A stretch of DNA of 64,000 nucleotides from Blastocystis sp. Blastoise (Eukaryota; Protista; Bigyra: Opalinata): the NCBI GenBank assembly GCA_039096225.1, contig JBBPEB010000015.1, positions 1,364,001 to 1,428,000 of the forward strand, given 5' to 3'. Below the pieces are notes generated by a model. The model had not been told where the DNA came from, did not search any database, and saw only the letters and a program-made list of their open reading frames with translations. The translations under genes and the position numbers were made by a program. This document shows, one piece after another, positions 1 through 14,886 of this stretch (within the stretch, counting starts at the first letter, position 1; each line of letters starts with the position of its first letter).

Positions 1-3000
1 TTTTAGGATAAGAAAGATCATAAGGAACTTTATATACACATTTATCAACAATAGGTCCCCAAGTAGGAGGATCTGTATCTAAACAATTACGAGCTAAATG
101 ACCCTCATAAATTTCAACGTCTGCACATGTATGATAAGCAAATGAATTCACATTTATACTCTCCCACTCATCTATATAAATAAGTTTGATATATATATAT
201 AGTTAACATATATATATTATGTAATTATATTATATAAATTTATATATTATGAATATATATTATATATATTATTTAAAAAAAAAATATACTATTTTTATAT
301 ATATTTAAAATATTATTAAAATAAATATTTAAATAATAGAATATAATGATTAATAGAATAATATATACCTTCTTGTTTACAAACAGGAATAAATGTTTCA
401 ATATCTAATTTAGTATCAATTTGTCCACTAGGATTTTTAATTGTTAAAATATACTTTGTAAATGGGAATGCGCTTAAAGGTGTACCTTGTATAACTCCTG
501 TAGCTGTATTAAGTTCTAAACCATCAGGAAGTTTAGGTTCAATACTAAATCGAGGATCAACAGCAGTATATAGAGGTACAATAGGAGTAATAACAGTATG
601 TACACGGAATCTAAATCGAGTATCTTCATATTCAAATTTACTTGGAGGATAAGGTACACATAAATCTTCTTCTTCTTCAAAAATACCTTGTCTACAGAAA
701 CGTCGTTTAACACCACTATAACCATTTATACATGGAAGTGTACTATATGTTCCTGATTTAACAGAATCATAATCACCTACTGCATCACATGGATTCTCTA
801 AACGTTCAACAAATAATTCAAAGGAACTAATAGATAGAGAAGAGGCACGACAATTCTTATTAGTAACAGTTGATTTATAACAAGCATCTATGACAATCTT
901 ATAAGCATTGAAACTATTCTCATTGGATATATCATAATATTTAGTAAGTTCACCTTCTTTCCATATAATATCTGTTTGTTTATCGAGAAGTATCCATTGT
1001 TTAGTATTATTATGATTATAGGATTCATCATTCATATCAATACTATTAATAACAGGATCTTTCTTTCGATTAATCTCTTGGTTTGTTGCATATAATCTCC
1101 AACTAGAAGGATTATGATTAATACATTTTGAATTACCTTGTATACTATAATGATTAATATATTCTCTTCTTTGATTATGATAAAGCCATCCAATTTCAGA
1201 GCCAACACATTGTGATGTAGTAACAAGATTATCAGTAATATGATCATCTAAATATGAAATCACTTTATCATCAATAGCTCGATATACAATCTTCTTCGTA
1301 ATAATCTCTTGAGCTGTATCAGGATCAAGTTCTTTCAAATGTTGTTCATATAAATAACGACCCCAAGGTTCAGCATCTTGTAGACGTTCACTATGACCTG
1401 GATAGCCTTGAATATATATATCAAAACATCGTTTTACATCTGTAAGAGACTTTACATGATCATCCCAATATAATTCTACTGCTATTATATTTAATCCTTC
1501 ATGAATAGCTGATATATCTAATCCAGCAGTATAATAATGTGTGATTTCTTCTCCGGAATCATCATCATGCATATGAACATGACGTTCATGATTACCATCT
1601 TCTTTCAAATGATAACGAATTAATTCTTTACCATTAACAAATACTATTAAACCTGAATGTTGAGGAACATCTATAGCAAATTCACAAATACTATAGAAGT
1701 CCATACTTTCTATAGTAAATGTATTACGATAATACATAACTTGAGGTGTTGAATATGCACAAGTAGATTTCGAATAAGATTCCCAACCATCAATATTTTC
1801 AGTATCTGTTGTCCATTCTTCTGAAGGAGCAGTGGATGACTTCCAAAAGCCCCAAGCACTATTACTACGAAGTAAATATCCAAGATTTAAATCAATAATC
1901 TTAGGAGATTCACCCTTTTCAATAGTACCTTGTTCTACTTTAATATCATTCGTTGTAATCTTATAAGTAAATGTATTCCAACCAGCATTATTCTGGTCAC
2001 TAAAACTAAGCATATATAAACCTATATATAAGAAATATTATTATATTTATAATATTTATAACATTTATAATATTTATAATATTTATAATATTTATAATAT
2101 TTATAATATTTATTATATTTATAATATTAATAATAATTATATTATTTATTATTATTTATTATTATTTATTATTATTATTATTTACTATATAAAGTTAATA
2201 ATGTATAACTATATAAAACAATATAATAATATATATAGTTATATATATACCAGTAGGAAGACAATAATAAAGATCTTCATTTAAAACACGGAAGCCAACT
2301 TGTACAAGATCTAATGTCTTTTTCCCATGATACGTAAGGAGTTCTAAACGGGGATTTACTGCTTCAATTGCTTTCTTACTAAATAATTCAATATGAATCT
2401 TATTATTAGGATAAACACATCGTTCAACAGCCATTGTAAGTACAGTACTTTGTCTCTTGTTTGTAAGATCATTAGCAGAAATAGTATAGTTTTTTGTTGT
2501 TATTAAATCAGTTCTACCATAAATATGACCATTAGAAGAATCGAAAAATAATCCAGTAGGAAGAGCAGGAGATATTGAAAATCCACTAAAATGATCATCT
2601 TTATAACTAATTAACGGGAATTTATTATTTTGATAGACAATAATAGAACTTTTAACAAGTGCTAAAGTAGTATTTTGAGGTATAAAAATACCATAAAGTT
2701 CGATTTCAGAGAATGTAAGGAATTGATCATTAGACACAAGTGATGTAACATCCATACGAATTGAATTAATAGATTTATGTACTGAAGATAAATAAAGACA
2801 TCTACGTTCCGAGCGTGTTTCAAAATGAATACCATCTCGTTTATCGATAAGAGTCCATGTAGATGACGCATCTATTTGAGAAAACAAAGAATAACTGAGA
2901 ATATCAGAAGAAGGTCTATTAACACTACTATAAATACAATATTTATTGATATAATGTATTCTATTGTTATTAAAGGAGAAAATAATTGATTTATCTTTAG

Positions 3001-6000
3001 AATATAAGAATAGATCTGGAGATATATATTGACTAGTAATAGAGTCATCTACCATCATAGAAGGAGGATTAATAACTCTTCCAGAAGCAACCTTAGCTGT
3101 AGCCATTATATCATACATATGATTCATTGAGTCATCCATAGTCAAACGAATACTTATATCAAAATAATATTTGTATATATCATCTTGAGGAGCTAGTTGT
3201 TTTTTACCTAATACCTTTCGCTTTTCAATAGCTTCATGACTATTAACTAAGACATTTACTATGGTAATTTGATTCCATCCTTCATGTAAATCTAATATAC
3301 CTCCTGTATATACTTGAGTAGTAATTGATTGATCTTTAGCTCGTGTTCTATAGGACACTTTATTATGATTAATATCTTCAAAGGACATATGACGACAAAA
3401 CATTTCCTGATGATTTATATATACAGCTATACCTCCTTTAGCATAAGTATTTATTGCTATACCATTATATTTATTTAAATTAGAAATAAAGAAAGAGCTT
3501 CGAATAACAAAGAATGTACTTGAAGCCTCAATATAGGGTGAATCTATAGTTGGAGGAGTAGAGAGAGGTTTCCATTGAGTATCTAGAGTCAAATCCATAT
3601 CATTATATCCAATAGGGAAATCTTTAATTTCTTCAAAAGTAGCATAATACCATTCTTTAGTACTAGTACTAGTAACTCCATCAGGACTACTTCGAATAGA
3701 AGGTAAAGTATAATCTAAAGTAGGAACAATATAACGAATATTTAAATGAACTTTATATTTATTTCCTTCTGATAATCGACCTTTATATAATAATTCCTTT
3801 CGATTTTCATTTATATAACTATAAATAAGAATATAACTATTATAAGACCAACCTCCTTTCTTCTTATCACTATGTAGATTTAAGTAATATATATCTTCAA
3901 GAACACATAAATCTACAATATCTACAGAATTAGCAGTAGTTGAATCAACACCTACATATTGATGGAGACGGTTACCTCTCGTATCTTTGAAAACCCATCG
4001 GTCACGTGATGACTCTGGACCATTATAAGTATTGAAGGAGAGATGAACATAAGGATAAGTACAAGCTATATAGAGAAATATAACATAGAATTATAGCATG
4101 GAAACTAAATATATAAAATTATTTTTATTAATAAATATATAAAATTATTTTTTATTAATAAATATATAAAAATATTTTTTATTAATAAATATATAAAATT
4201 ATTTTTTATTAATAAATATATAAAAATATTTTTTATTAATAAATATATAAAATTATTTTTTATTAATAAATATATATTTCTGTATACCAGAAATTGTTAA
4301 ATAGAATTTGAATGTTTCGACTTCTTTTGTTGCAGCATTGGTTGCTTGTACGGTGAACAAAGTAGCAGGAATAGTAGCATGTGCATAACCAGCTAATGTA
4401 CCATTAATAGAAGTAAAGATCAAGCCACCAGGAATACCTATATAGAAGGATATTGTATTAATATTAACAATAGATATATTGTATAAATCTATATATAGAA
4501 TTATATATTCATACTTAAAGTAGGTTCAATAGTAAATTCTTCATATCCTGTTGATTTGGGTGCAATATAGACGAAAGAAGCATCTAGTATATAATATATA
4601 TATATATAATAAAATAAGAATATACCTTTGATAAATTGATAATTAGAATGTTCATATTGCAGGGTGGGTAAAGTAGTGATATAATTACAAGTCATAAATT
4701 GAATTTCACTCAATTTCATCAAACGATCTCCATTATTATTTACTATATATAGAAGACTATAAGACAGCAAAAAAAGAAAATATTTTTATTTACATACAAA
4801 CTCTCATAGTATAATACTTATAATGTTTCGTATTACTATATAAGTATATATTAGAGAATTGATTTCTTCCTCGAAAACTATATTTATCTCTATAATCCAA
4901 TTGAGTTGGCTCAAAGTTATACATACCCCCTAGATCAATTAAATATATTATTATTATTATAAATAATAAATAAATATATTTATATGTATTATTATTATAA
5001 GTTATATATATATTATTATTATAATTAATAAATAAATACATTTATATGTATTATTATCATAAATAAATAATAAATAATATATATATATACCAAAGAGAAG
5101 CCATGTAGAGGGATCTGATTTAGTAAATGAATGAGAGGACATAATTCTATAGGCATTAATATACTCATATCGATACCCATCAAAAGCAAAGACTAAATCA
5201 ACTTGACTACCTTTGTATATATATTCTTCATGACCATTGAAATCACTTAATAAAGCTGGATTCTCTAATTTACTCCTAAAAAAAGCATTTAATGGTTATA
5301 TATATATATAATATGTAGATAATATATATATATACTTAAAGAGAGAATCAGATGGTTTCTTTTTACGTTCAATTTCAGTAAAAGATCCTTGATAACGAAC
5401 AGAACAAGCTATATATATATAATAAATAACATAATATAATATATAATATATAATTAATAACATAATATATATATATATAATAAATAACATAATATATAAT
5501 ATATATCATAATATATATAAAAATATCATACGTCCATAATAAAGAAGCATGAATGAGTTAAAGAATACAGGCTTTTCATTGAAGGTAGGAAGACTGTGGA
5601 TTTCAATAGCAATAGAAGATTCTGGGAACGTAAGAAGAGATGTAGGGAATGTAATACTAGTAATAGGAAAATATTAAAATATAGAAAAAAAAAATGATAA
5701 TATATATATGTATATAAAAAAAGAGAATAATATATTGGGACATACTTGTACCAAGCAAAGTTTTCATCATATTTTTGAGCCCAAGTTAATGGTGCAACAG
5801 AAACTTCACTATATATACATAATATAAAATAGTATAGAGAATCTTATGTAATTAATATTTAGCTAATAGAATTATAAATAGAGATATATCTTTTATAATA
5901 TATATATATATATATATATATTTACTCTTTAATACCAACACGAAAGACTTCAACTCCATTAATAAAGATAACAATAGCTCCACGAGTATATAAACCTAAT

Positions 6001-6734
6001 TCAAAAGAGGCGAAATTAACTAAAGGAATAGAAAACTGAACATTTCGACGAATATAAGTAGTAATTCTATTCTGAGTTCTATTAGTAGCTGAAGATAAGG
6101 GTTTCCATTCAGATTCATCGTAAGAAGATAAAGTCCATAATGTATTCTCCTGGAATTCTTCAGTATATCGCCACTCAGAATTTAAAGATATATGAGGCTT
6201 TGCTATATATAATAATAACTATAATAAAAATCTTAAAAAAATATACGATAAAAAACAAAAGACTCAGTATCATGATTAAATAATGTCGTCTTTAAAATGG
6301 AAAATTGACCCATAACAATAATTTCTATTCTTGATCCTGTTGCCCATCCATTGTTACCTCTAAATTATATATTAGCATAAAAATAAAAAATTTATTCGTT
6401 AAAAAAAAGAATAATAATAATATATACGCATCTGTTAATTCTAATGTATATAGGTTATCTTGGACACAATACGTATCTACAATAACTCTATTCATTTTTC
6501 CAAAACCATTAACTCTAGCAACAACATTATCAGTAGTAAGTCCTTTATAGATGGTATAAGTTTCATCACCTGACATCTTTCCATAAGTTCTAATGACCTC
6601 TATTTCTATATCATTCTTATAACAATCATGAGCCCAACCTAAATATTAAGAAATGATTTATCTTAAATCTACATATATATACTATATATTGCAAAGCTAG
6701 ATAGTAAAAATACAATCCAAATTCGAATAGTCAT
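1..6734 (-). CDS. Large multi-exon secreted/surface protein with putative Ig (He_PIG-like) repeats, galactose-binding/F5-8-like domains and Cys-rich repeats; 3' end runs off the window
   Basis: ATG at 6734 begins a signal-peptide-like MTIRIWIVFLLSSFAIY. GT-AG introns link ORFs 6325-6576, 2195-3598 and 316-2013. Motifs FSISPALPTGLFFDSSNGHIYG and FSIEPKLPDGLELNTATGVIQGTP are He_PIG-like; PSSWRLYAT...WILLD is discoidin-like. Confidence 0.8.
4107..4275. repeat. Intronic minisatellite, ~27-bp unit (AAATATATAAAATTATTTTTTATTAAT), about 6 copies
   Basis: Directly visible tandem repeat inside an intron of the first gene. Confidence 0.75.
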
Positions 6735-8118
6735 AATTATTTAAGATATAAAATATGAAAAAGAAAATGTTTTAAAAAAATTGAACAAAACGAAAATAAC
6801 AACGGAATAATACAAAAAATAACCATAGTTTTTCATTTACTCCATGATTATCTGTATTTTTTACTTTTTTATCTTATATACTTTTAGTTGATACTCTGTT
6901 TAGCAAATCAATATCGGAAACATTCTACTAAATGATTTCCTATATTAATTTTTACTTTTATTATAGTATTATACCAAAACTGATTTCGATTGCGTCTGCT
7001 TTATATTATCAAGTTTAAATTTTTTTTATTTATATACAAAGAAATGCATGTACAATCAATTAGAAATAGTATTTAGTATAGAATATCATTCCTTGAACAC
7101 TAATTTCTCATATTATTACTTTATATTTCAAATCTGGAACTCTAAGAAATACTGGAAACGTATAGAAGATATATTAATGATATTATATAGTTTATGAACA
7201 ATATTATAAAGTCATTCTCGTTATCCTTTTTTCTTTCAACTTCAGTTTTTTATTCTTATATTTGTCACCAAGAAATTGTCTTATATATATATATATCCAT
7301 TTCTAATTTTTATATACAAATGAATACATAGATAATGAAAAAAAATGTAAGAGCATAAAAAGAATTAGTTTTTATTATCATAAAAGAATTATACAGTATA
7401 ATTTTATAAATCCTATAAGATACAATGAACATTCATACAAATGATTTATTTAAAAAATGTTTAAAAACTTCAATTACACGCAATTATCTATCAAGAAAAG
7501 CATAAATGAATATTATTTACTTCAGAAAGCCATATATAAATGGTATCAAACTCATATCATTTGTAAATAAATACATTTGAAATATTATTTGAAAACAGTG
7601 ATATATTCTGATTATTAGCGATCAGATTTAATCGTCATATATATCAGCAACCATCTTATATACAAAAATATCACAAGATATCATCTTAGCCACAAACAAA
7701 AACAAATCATGACAACGATTCCCATCTTTTACAGAATGAAATCCGTGCTTTTATTATAATTATTTTCTTCTGAATCATCTTTCAGTACCAATTTTTTTAA
7801 ATAGATAAAATAAATGAAGAATAAATGAAAAACAAATCAAATCAAATCAAAAGCGATTATTTATCTTTTTATACTTAAAAACTACTTTTTTCTGTGATTA
7901 TTATTGTATTACAAATCAAAACTAATTTGAATAATTTTGTCCAATATTCTTGTGTCATTCTTATCCTGAATATTATAATAGTCAAGTATCATCTATAAGT
8001 AATTAAAATGAATTGTTTGAAACCATATAAACTATTATTTGTTTTTAAATCATTGCATCATCTATCTATTCTCTATTTTTCTTAGTATCTCCTTGTTTTA
8101 TAAGATATAACAAATAGA

Positions 8119-11100
8119 ATGAGTAATATAAGAAGATTTGGATTCACACCTAAACAGTACATTACAAATCCTTCTTTGTTATCAACTTGTATCCTTCTTT
8201 TTTATATATATATTTTACTCTTTAATTTATATATAGCATCTCAAGATGTTGTAAATACTCAAAACAATGTATATTTTTTTAATTCTAAAATATTTTTCTT
8301 TTCTTCACATATTTTTATTTCGTAAATACAAATTTATATCCTTTTTTTTTAATAGTTTAATAATATTTTGATGTGTATTTGAATTATTTAATTATAGACT
8401 CAGCCAAACTATTCTCATAATGTTCTTGCATCTGATGAATCTGCAATTACTGATGTATCTGAAAGTATCAAATCCATTCAATCTTCCTCTTTAAAGCCAA
8501 ATATGAATAAAGACTCTAATGTATGTATATATTGTTTGTTATGTGTTCTCCTACTTTTTATATTACTTTTTTATCATCATTTATTTTTTATATTATGTAT
8601 AAAAACTAGTATCATATTCTATTTAATATACAATATATAGATTTCTGAAGTTTCAGAGTCATTGGTTAACATGAATCCTCAACCTACTCACTCAGATCTA
8701 TCTTCTATGTATTATAGAAATGAAGACTTGGTTCATAGGAATCAGTCATCTTCCACTTCTTCATCTCCTACTGACAATCATCAACAAAGAAATGGATCTT
8801 CCATATCCATCCCTACAGAAGATATTCAGCCTACAGAGGATATATCGCATTCCTTAGAATCTTCAAATCTACATAATGAGATATCGGATAGAAATCATTC
8901 AACCTCTAAACCTGTTATGTCTCCACAAGATACAATTCCATCAATATATATTCCTGAATCATCCATTATAGATCTCAACTCTACATCTACAACACGTCTT
9001 CTTAGTACTTTATCTCCTATCAATAATCCAAATGATTCACGTCAATTATCCAATCATATTCCTCAATTTACGATCCCTCCATTCTCCTCTCCTGAATCTC
9101 CGTCGTATCTGACCTCTACTAACAATTGTTCACAATATATAGAACAGGACACTGGGACTACTTCTCAATATCATCAATCAGAGCATATTACCTCTGAAAA
9201 TAATATAATATCCCCTAAATCAAACATATCTGATTCATCCAAATCAAATCAAATTATTTCTAATGATATTTCTCCATTACAATCCTATATCCCTAATAAT
9301 CAAGAAGATACATCTACTTCTTCATCAGATGGTCTACCTGTTAAACTACCATCTCTTCCTATACTTCCTCCTCACTCAGGACATAAAAATATAGTCTTAC
9401 GATCTCCAGATAATGTAGATAAAAACTTTACTTTTGATATTCCTACAGTTCTCAATGATAGTCAAGATATATCTACATCTCTTCAAGAAAATGAATCTCT
9501 TCAGTCTTATCCTATAAATACAACTAATACTATATATTCAAATTCTTCTCCTTACTCTAATAAAGATTCAAAATTCTCACTTCAAGATCCTAAAGCAACT
9601 TATACATTAGAAATATCTGATGATCCTAGTGAAGATATTACACCTATAATACAACCTGTTCCTTCAAAGAAATATCCAAAACAACTTACTATAGATATTA
9701 ATACAGAACCTATAGATGGATCTAATGATAATCAAGAATTATTTGAAGATAATATGGAACTAGTCTCAACACATCATTTATCAAGTCGATCAAAAGATCA
9801 TTCTCTCTTCTCTTCAGCACCTTTCAAATTCTATGATAATGAATCTTCTACAACAGAATTATCCTCTATATCTCCTACAAAGACTAAGCATAACTCTACT
9901 TCTCATATTCAGTCCTCTAACTATCAAATGATTCAACCTAGTACTTCTCAACCATCAAATCAAAGATCTATGTATAGTAATATATCAACAGATACATTTA
10001 ATGACAACGATTATTCAGACAGTGAAGATTCCTTAATCGCTGACAGTATGAAACTATCCAATTCACTAAATAATGATATGAAAAATACGTCATTGAATCA
10101 ATCCTATTCTATGAATAATTCTTCATATAAAATATCTACAGAGAATCCAATTCCAGAAGTTTCTATTGATACCGTTCCTAATAATAGTACTCTTTTTGAT
10201 AATATTAATATTAATAATTCTTTATTTGATCCAACTCAAGAAGTACATACTCCTAAAACCTTTTCTTCTCCTCTCTCTTCTCCTCATCTTCTTATGCCTT
10301 CTTTCATTAAACAAAAGAATGGAGTATATACTTATGATAATCAATCACTTCAAAGTAATCCTTCTGTGTCTCAAGATAATCAATTAGCTTCAACGAAACA
10401 AGATTCATCAATCATATCGAAGTCAAATATTCTTTTTGATTTTCATGATGATTCCCAAGAAAATGAAACACTACCAAATCAGCAATCTGACTTTAATAAT
10501 TCTTCTAATGAAATTCATATAGTTACTCCATCAATATCTCAACCATTATCTAATCCATATAATGATAAGCATAATCAGAATGATTCAATTCAATCGTCAA
10601 CTCATCCTATATCATCTTCCGATTCAATACATATGTCCTCTATTCCATATTCACACCCTACTGTCTCTATAAATAATCAATCATCATTTATTCCAAATCC
10701 TTCTCAAAATAGCTCATATAATAATAATACTTATAGTAATTCTAATAATAATAGTTCTAATGATAATAATTTTAATAACAATTCTAATAATCCTGTATAT
10801 AATAATGCTTATAATAATCCTGTATATAATAATGATTCTGCTTATAATTCAAATAATAATCCTTCATATAATAATACTAATAATTCAAAAAATTCTTCAT
10901 ATACTAATAATTCAAAAAATTCTTCAAATAAGAATACCACTTCACAGGATAATACAATCAAAAAGACAGCATCTAACTCATCTAAAGGTAATCGACAATC
11001 ACGATTAAAACCTCCTTCTTTAAGTTTCGTAAAGCCATCGTCAATAGTATCTAATCAATCTTATATGTCTGAGTCATCACAATCATCAACACCTAGTATA

Positions 11101-14100
11101 AACACTCATATACAAATAAATAATCAAAGTAGAAGTCGAGTTTCTTCTTTTAATAGTGTATCTACATCAACTACACATCCTTCTATATCTGATTCTCCAA
11201 CTATATCCAAACAAGCATCAGTTACTGGTTATTCATCTAATCATAAATCGAATACAAATACAGCATTGTCCAATGATATTCATGTCACACCTTTAACAAC
11301 AACAATAAAGAATTCTTCATTTAAGTCTAAAATACCTACTCCACGAGGTCTTAAGCCACCTTCTACTTTTGGTAAATATCATAGTGCAATTCCTAAACCT
11401 GCTATATCTACTGAATCACAAAATAATAATAAATCTATGATACCTAGTCAGTCTCAGAATAATAATAAATCTACTATATCTACGGAATCACAGAATAATA
11501 ATAAATATACTATATCTACTAAAACCCAAAATAATAATAAATCTATGATACCTAGTCAATCTCAGAATAATAATAAATCTACAATATCAACTAAAGCCCA
11601 TAATAATAATAAACATATGATATCTAGTCAATCTCAGAATAATAGTAAATCCATAACATCTACTCAATATCATAGCAATACTACATCTAAGACATCTACT
11701 CAATCACGCTATAATAATAATAATAATAATAATAAGTCTTCAACATCTATACCTTCAACTCCCTCAAAGAATTCTATTCAAAAAGTAGTTGCTACTCCAA
11801 AGGCATCGATGACTACATCCAAAATAAATAAATCTAATGAAATTATGAATAATATTCCCGTTTCTTATGTTACTTCTGAAATAGTTTCATCTCCTACACA
11901 GTTAACTCAAGAGAATACATTATCTCAGAATACTATAGAATGTGATAATGATGTTGTTCTTGATAATAGTTGTTCAGATGTCAAAGATACTCAGGATTAT
12001 GTATCTCCATATATGAAGTCGTTGACTTCGAAGATTATTCATCAAGATAATATTATAGATGATGATGATAATGAATATGATACTAGTTATGAAAAAGGAG
12101 AAGATGAGTCAGTATATGAACTTCCTCATCTTCAGTCTACAGTTAAGAAACTTAGTCGATCCTCTTATCCTCTTATTGACAAAGATTATTATTCTATTCA
12201 AAAAAAGAATACATTTGAAGCCATATCTCCTAATGAGAATTCTCTATCAAATAATATCTTATCTTCAACAAATATGAATTCTATTCAAGATACATCACAG
12301 TCTATCTATACTTATAACAATACTAATCATACTCCTGATACTAGTTTTGAATCTATAGAAGAAGATGATTCCTTCTTAGAAGGAGTATCTATTCCAAACA
12401 ATAAGAAAAGTCAACCTATTATTCATCATCCCATGAATGATACATATATATCTCAACAAACACCTATATATGATGATGAGCCTCAACAACCTATGGATTC
12501 TTCTTTTGTTTATAATCAAATTTCTAAGATTAATAGTTTACAATATAATATGCCAGATATAAGTTCATTAACACAGAAAGTTATAAAATCCATAGATGTA
12601 CCTACTAATCCTGTATATGATGCTGTAATTGATGATGAAACCAATAGTGTCTCTTCTAATTCTCATGTCTCTACTTCTTTTATATCTCCTCTTCCTTCTA
12701 TATCAAGTCTCAACGATCATTCTACTCAATCTTTAAAGCCTATTATTCCTCTTGATAAAGAACATCAATTAATTCTTGATGATATTGTGAAACATCCTCG
12801 AGATAGTACTTATTTATTAAGTGAATTTGAAGAAGATTCAAAGAGTTTTCGTTCAACAGTAGATACACTCAAAGGTCAACGATATAGTCAGAGACCAAGT
12901 ATGGGTAGTGATTCAACGAAAGATCGAAAAAGTCTTTATTATGGTCGAGAAAGTACAAAAGATGTGAAGAATCGATTAATAACTAAAGGAAACGATAGTA
13001 AGAAGAAGTCTTATTGGGATAATAATGATGATATAATTCAATATAATCATGATAATACAGATCGAGTCATTTCTGCATTAAATCTCCCTATATCATTAAA
13101 ATATAATGAAGATATTATTGATAATTATTTAAAAGAAAAAGAACAAGATCCATTATTATTAACTGAACAAGATGAGAAGATCATGTTAGCTGAGAATTCA
13201 TCAAGTCAAGTAGAAGAATTATTATATGAACTTTCGATACAAATAGATCAGAATCAACAGAATCATGTAGTAATTAGTCAATTAGAGAATATTGTGAATA
13301 CTCAAGAAGATGGTATAGCTCAACTTGAAGAAATATTAATACGAATTGTAGAAGAAATGGAATCAGTTAAAAAGGAGAATATTATTCTCGAGAATAATTC
13401 AATATTGTTACAGAATAAATATAATGACTATAAGCAAAAGTCAGAAAGAGAAAATTCAATGTTGAGAAATCAATTTGATCAAGATAATCATCGTCTTATA
13501 ACTAAATATGAAGATAAATATGCATTATTAGAAACTCAAAAGAATACAGAGATTGAAAGACTTCAAGAGTATCTATTACAAATAGAAAATCAGAATGGAA
13601 TTACCTATACATTAAGTGACATTGATCGAGCTACATATGAAGATCAAATAATGGAATTACAGAAGACAAGTACTTTCCTAGAAAATGAATTAAATAATGC
13701 ATTTAATGAAATAAATAATTTAATTCAAAGGAATGAATCTCTTATTCATAAAGAAGAAAAGAATACGAAAGAAATCAAATCTTTACAAAACACTAAGATG
13801 GAGAATAATATATCTATTTCAAACTTAAAAACTCAACTATCTACTGTTATTAATTGTATAGTTATATTTTATTATATGTTATCATTATTATTTTTTTTTA
13901 TATTTATTATTATATGTTATTATTATTATATGTTATTATTATATGTTATTATTATATATTATTATTATTATATATTATTATTATTATATATTATTATTGT
14001 TATATATAGCTACTTGGGGTATATATGCATTAAATGAATATCATGATAAGATATTAGAATGTTCCAAGCAAATGACAGCTCTTAATTCTTATGCAGATGA

Positions 14101-14486
14101 TGTCGAAGAAATGAATAGTACTCTAAAAACACAACTTAAAGATAGTCAAGATATTATTCAGGTATATATATATACTTAAAACTAAAATAATATTTATATT
14201 ATTATTATTAATATAAGTATTGGGAACATTAGAACTAATTATTATATGTATATAGTCTCTTCAGGCTTCCCTTAGTCAAATGGATCCTGATGGCATATTA
14301 AAGACAATTGAGTCTCTTATCAAGAAATGTAATACTCAAGATTCATCTTCATCTATTATTTCATATCGAAATAAATACTATCTCATCAACCTTAAACCTT
14401 CTGAAATATCCACTTCTACTGAATCTCTTCAAAGTAATAGAATTAAAAAGCCATCCTCTATTTTTGCTAAAGAGAGTCATATCTAA
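8119..14486 (+). CDS. Very large Ser/Asn-rich disordered protein with a C-terminal coiled coil; contains SxIP-like motifs
   Basis: Short 5' exons from ATG 8119, a ~5.2-kb exon (~8641-13855), then exons at ~14010-14161 and ~14255-14486. Heptad-like E/K/Q/L-rich region from ~13150. Confidence 0.75.
11419..11670 (+). repeat. Coding tandem repeat, 36-bp/12-aa unit (QNNNKS[MT]I[PS][ST][QE]S), about 7 copies
   Basis: Visible in the translation: QNNNKSMIPSQS QNNNKSTISTES QNNNKYTISTKT QNNNKSMIPSQS ... Confidence 0.85.
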
Positions 14487-14886
14487 ATAGTTTCTATTCC
14501 TTATACTCCTATGCTCATTATTTCTTATTATTCTATTCAATTTTTTTCATATGTATTCATCATATTATTATATACAAATAATTCATTTTTTTATATATTT
14601 GAATATTTTTTAATTAATGTCATTTTTTTAATAAGCAATTCTATTAATTATTTATTAGTGAACATATATATATATATTTTCTTTTTTCCAGAGTGTAAAA
14701 ATTAGTTCTTTCTTCTTTATTTTTTAATATATTTCACTTTAATTTTTCAAATGAAAATGTGTTTAGTTATCATATGAATATATATATATATATTCCATAA
14801 TTATATAATTCTATTGTATAAAAAGTATAGTAAAATTATTCATACAAAAAGCAAATGTATTTTTATATAGAGTGAAGAATCTTAAA

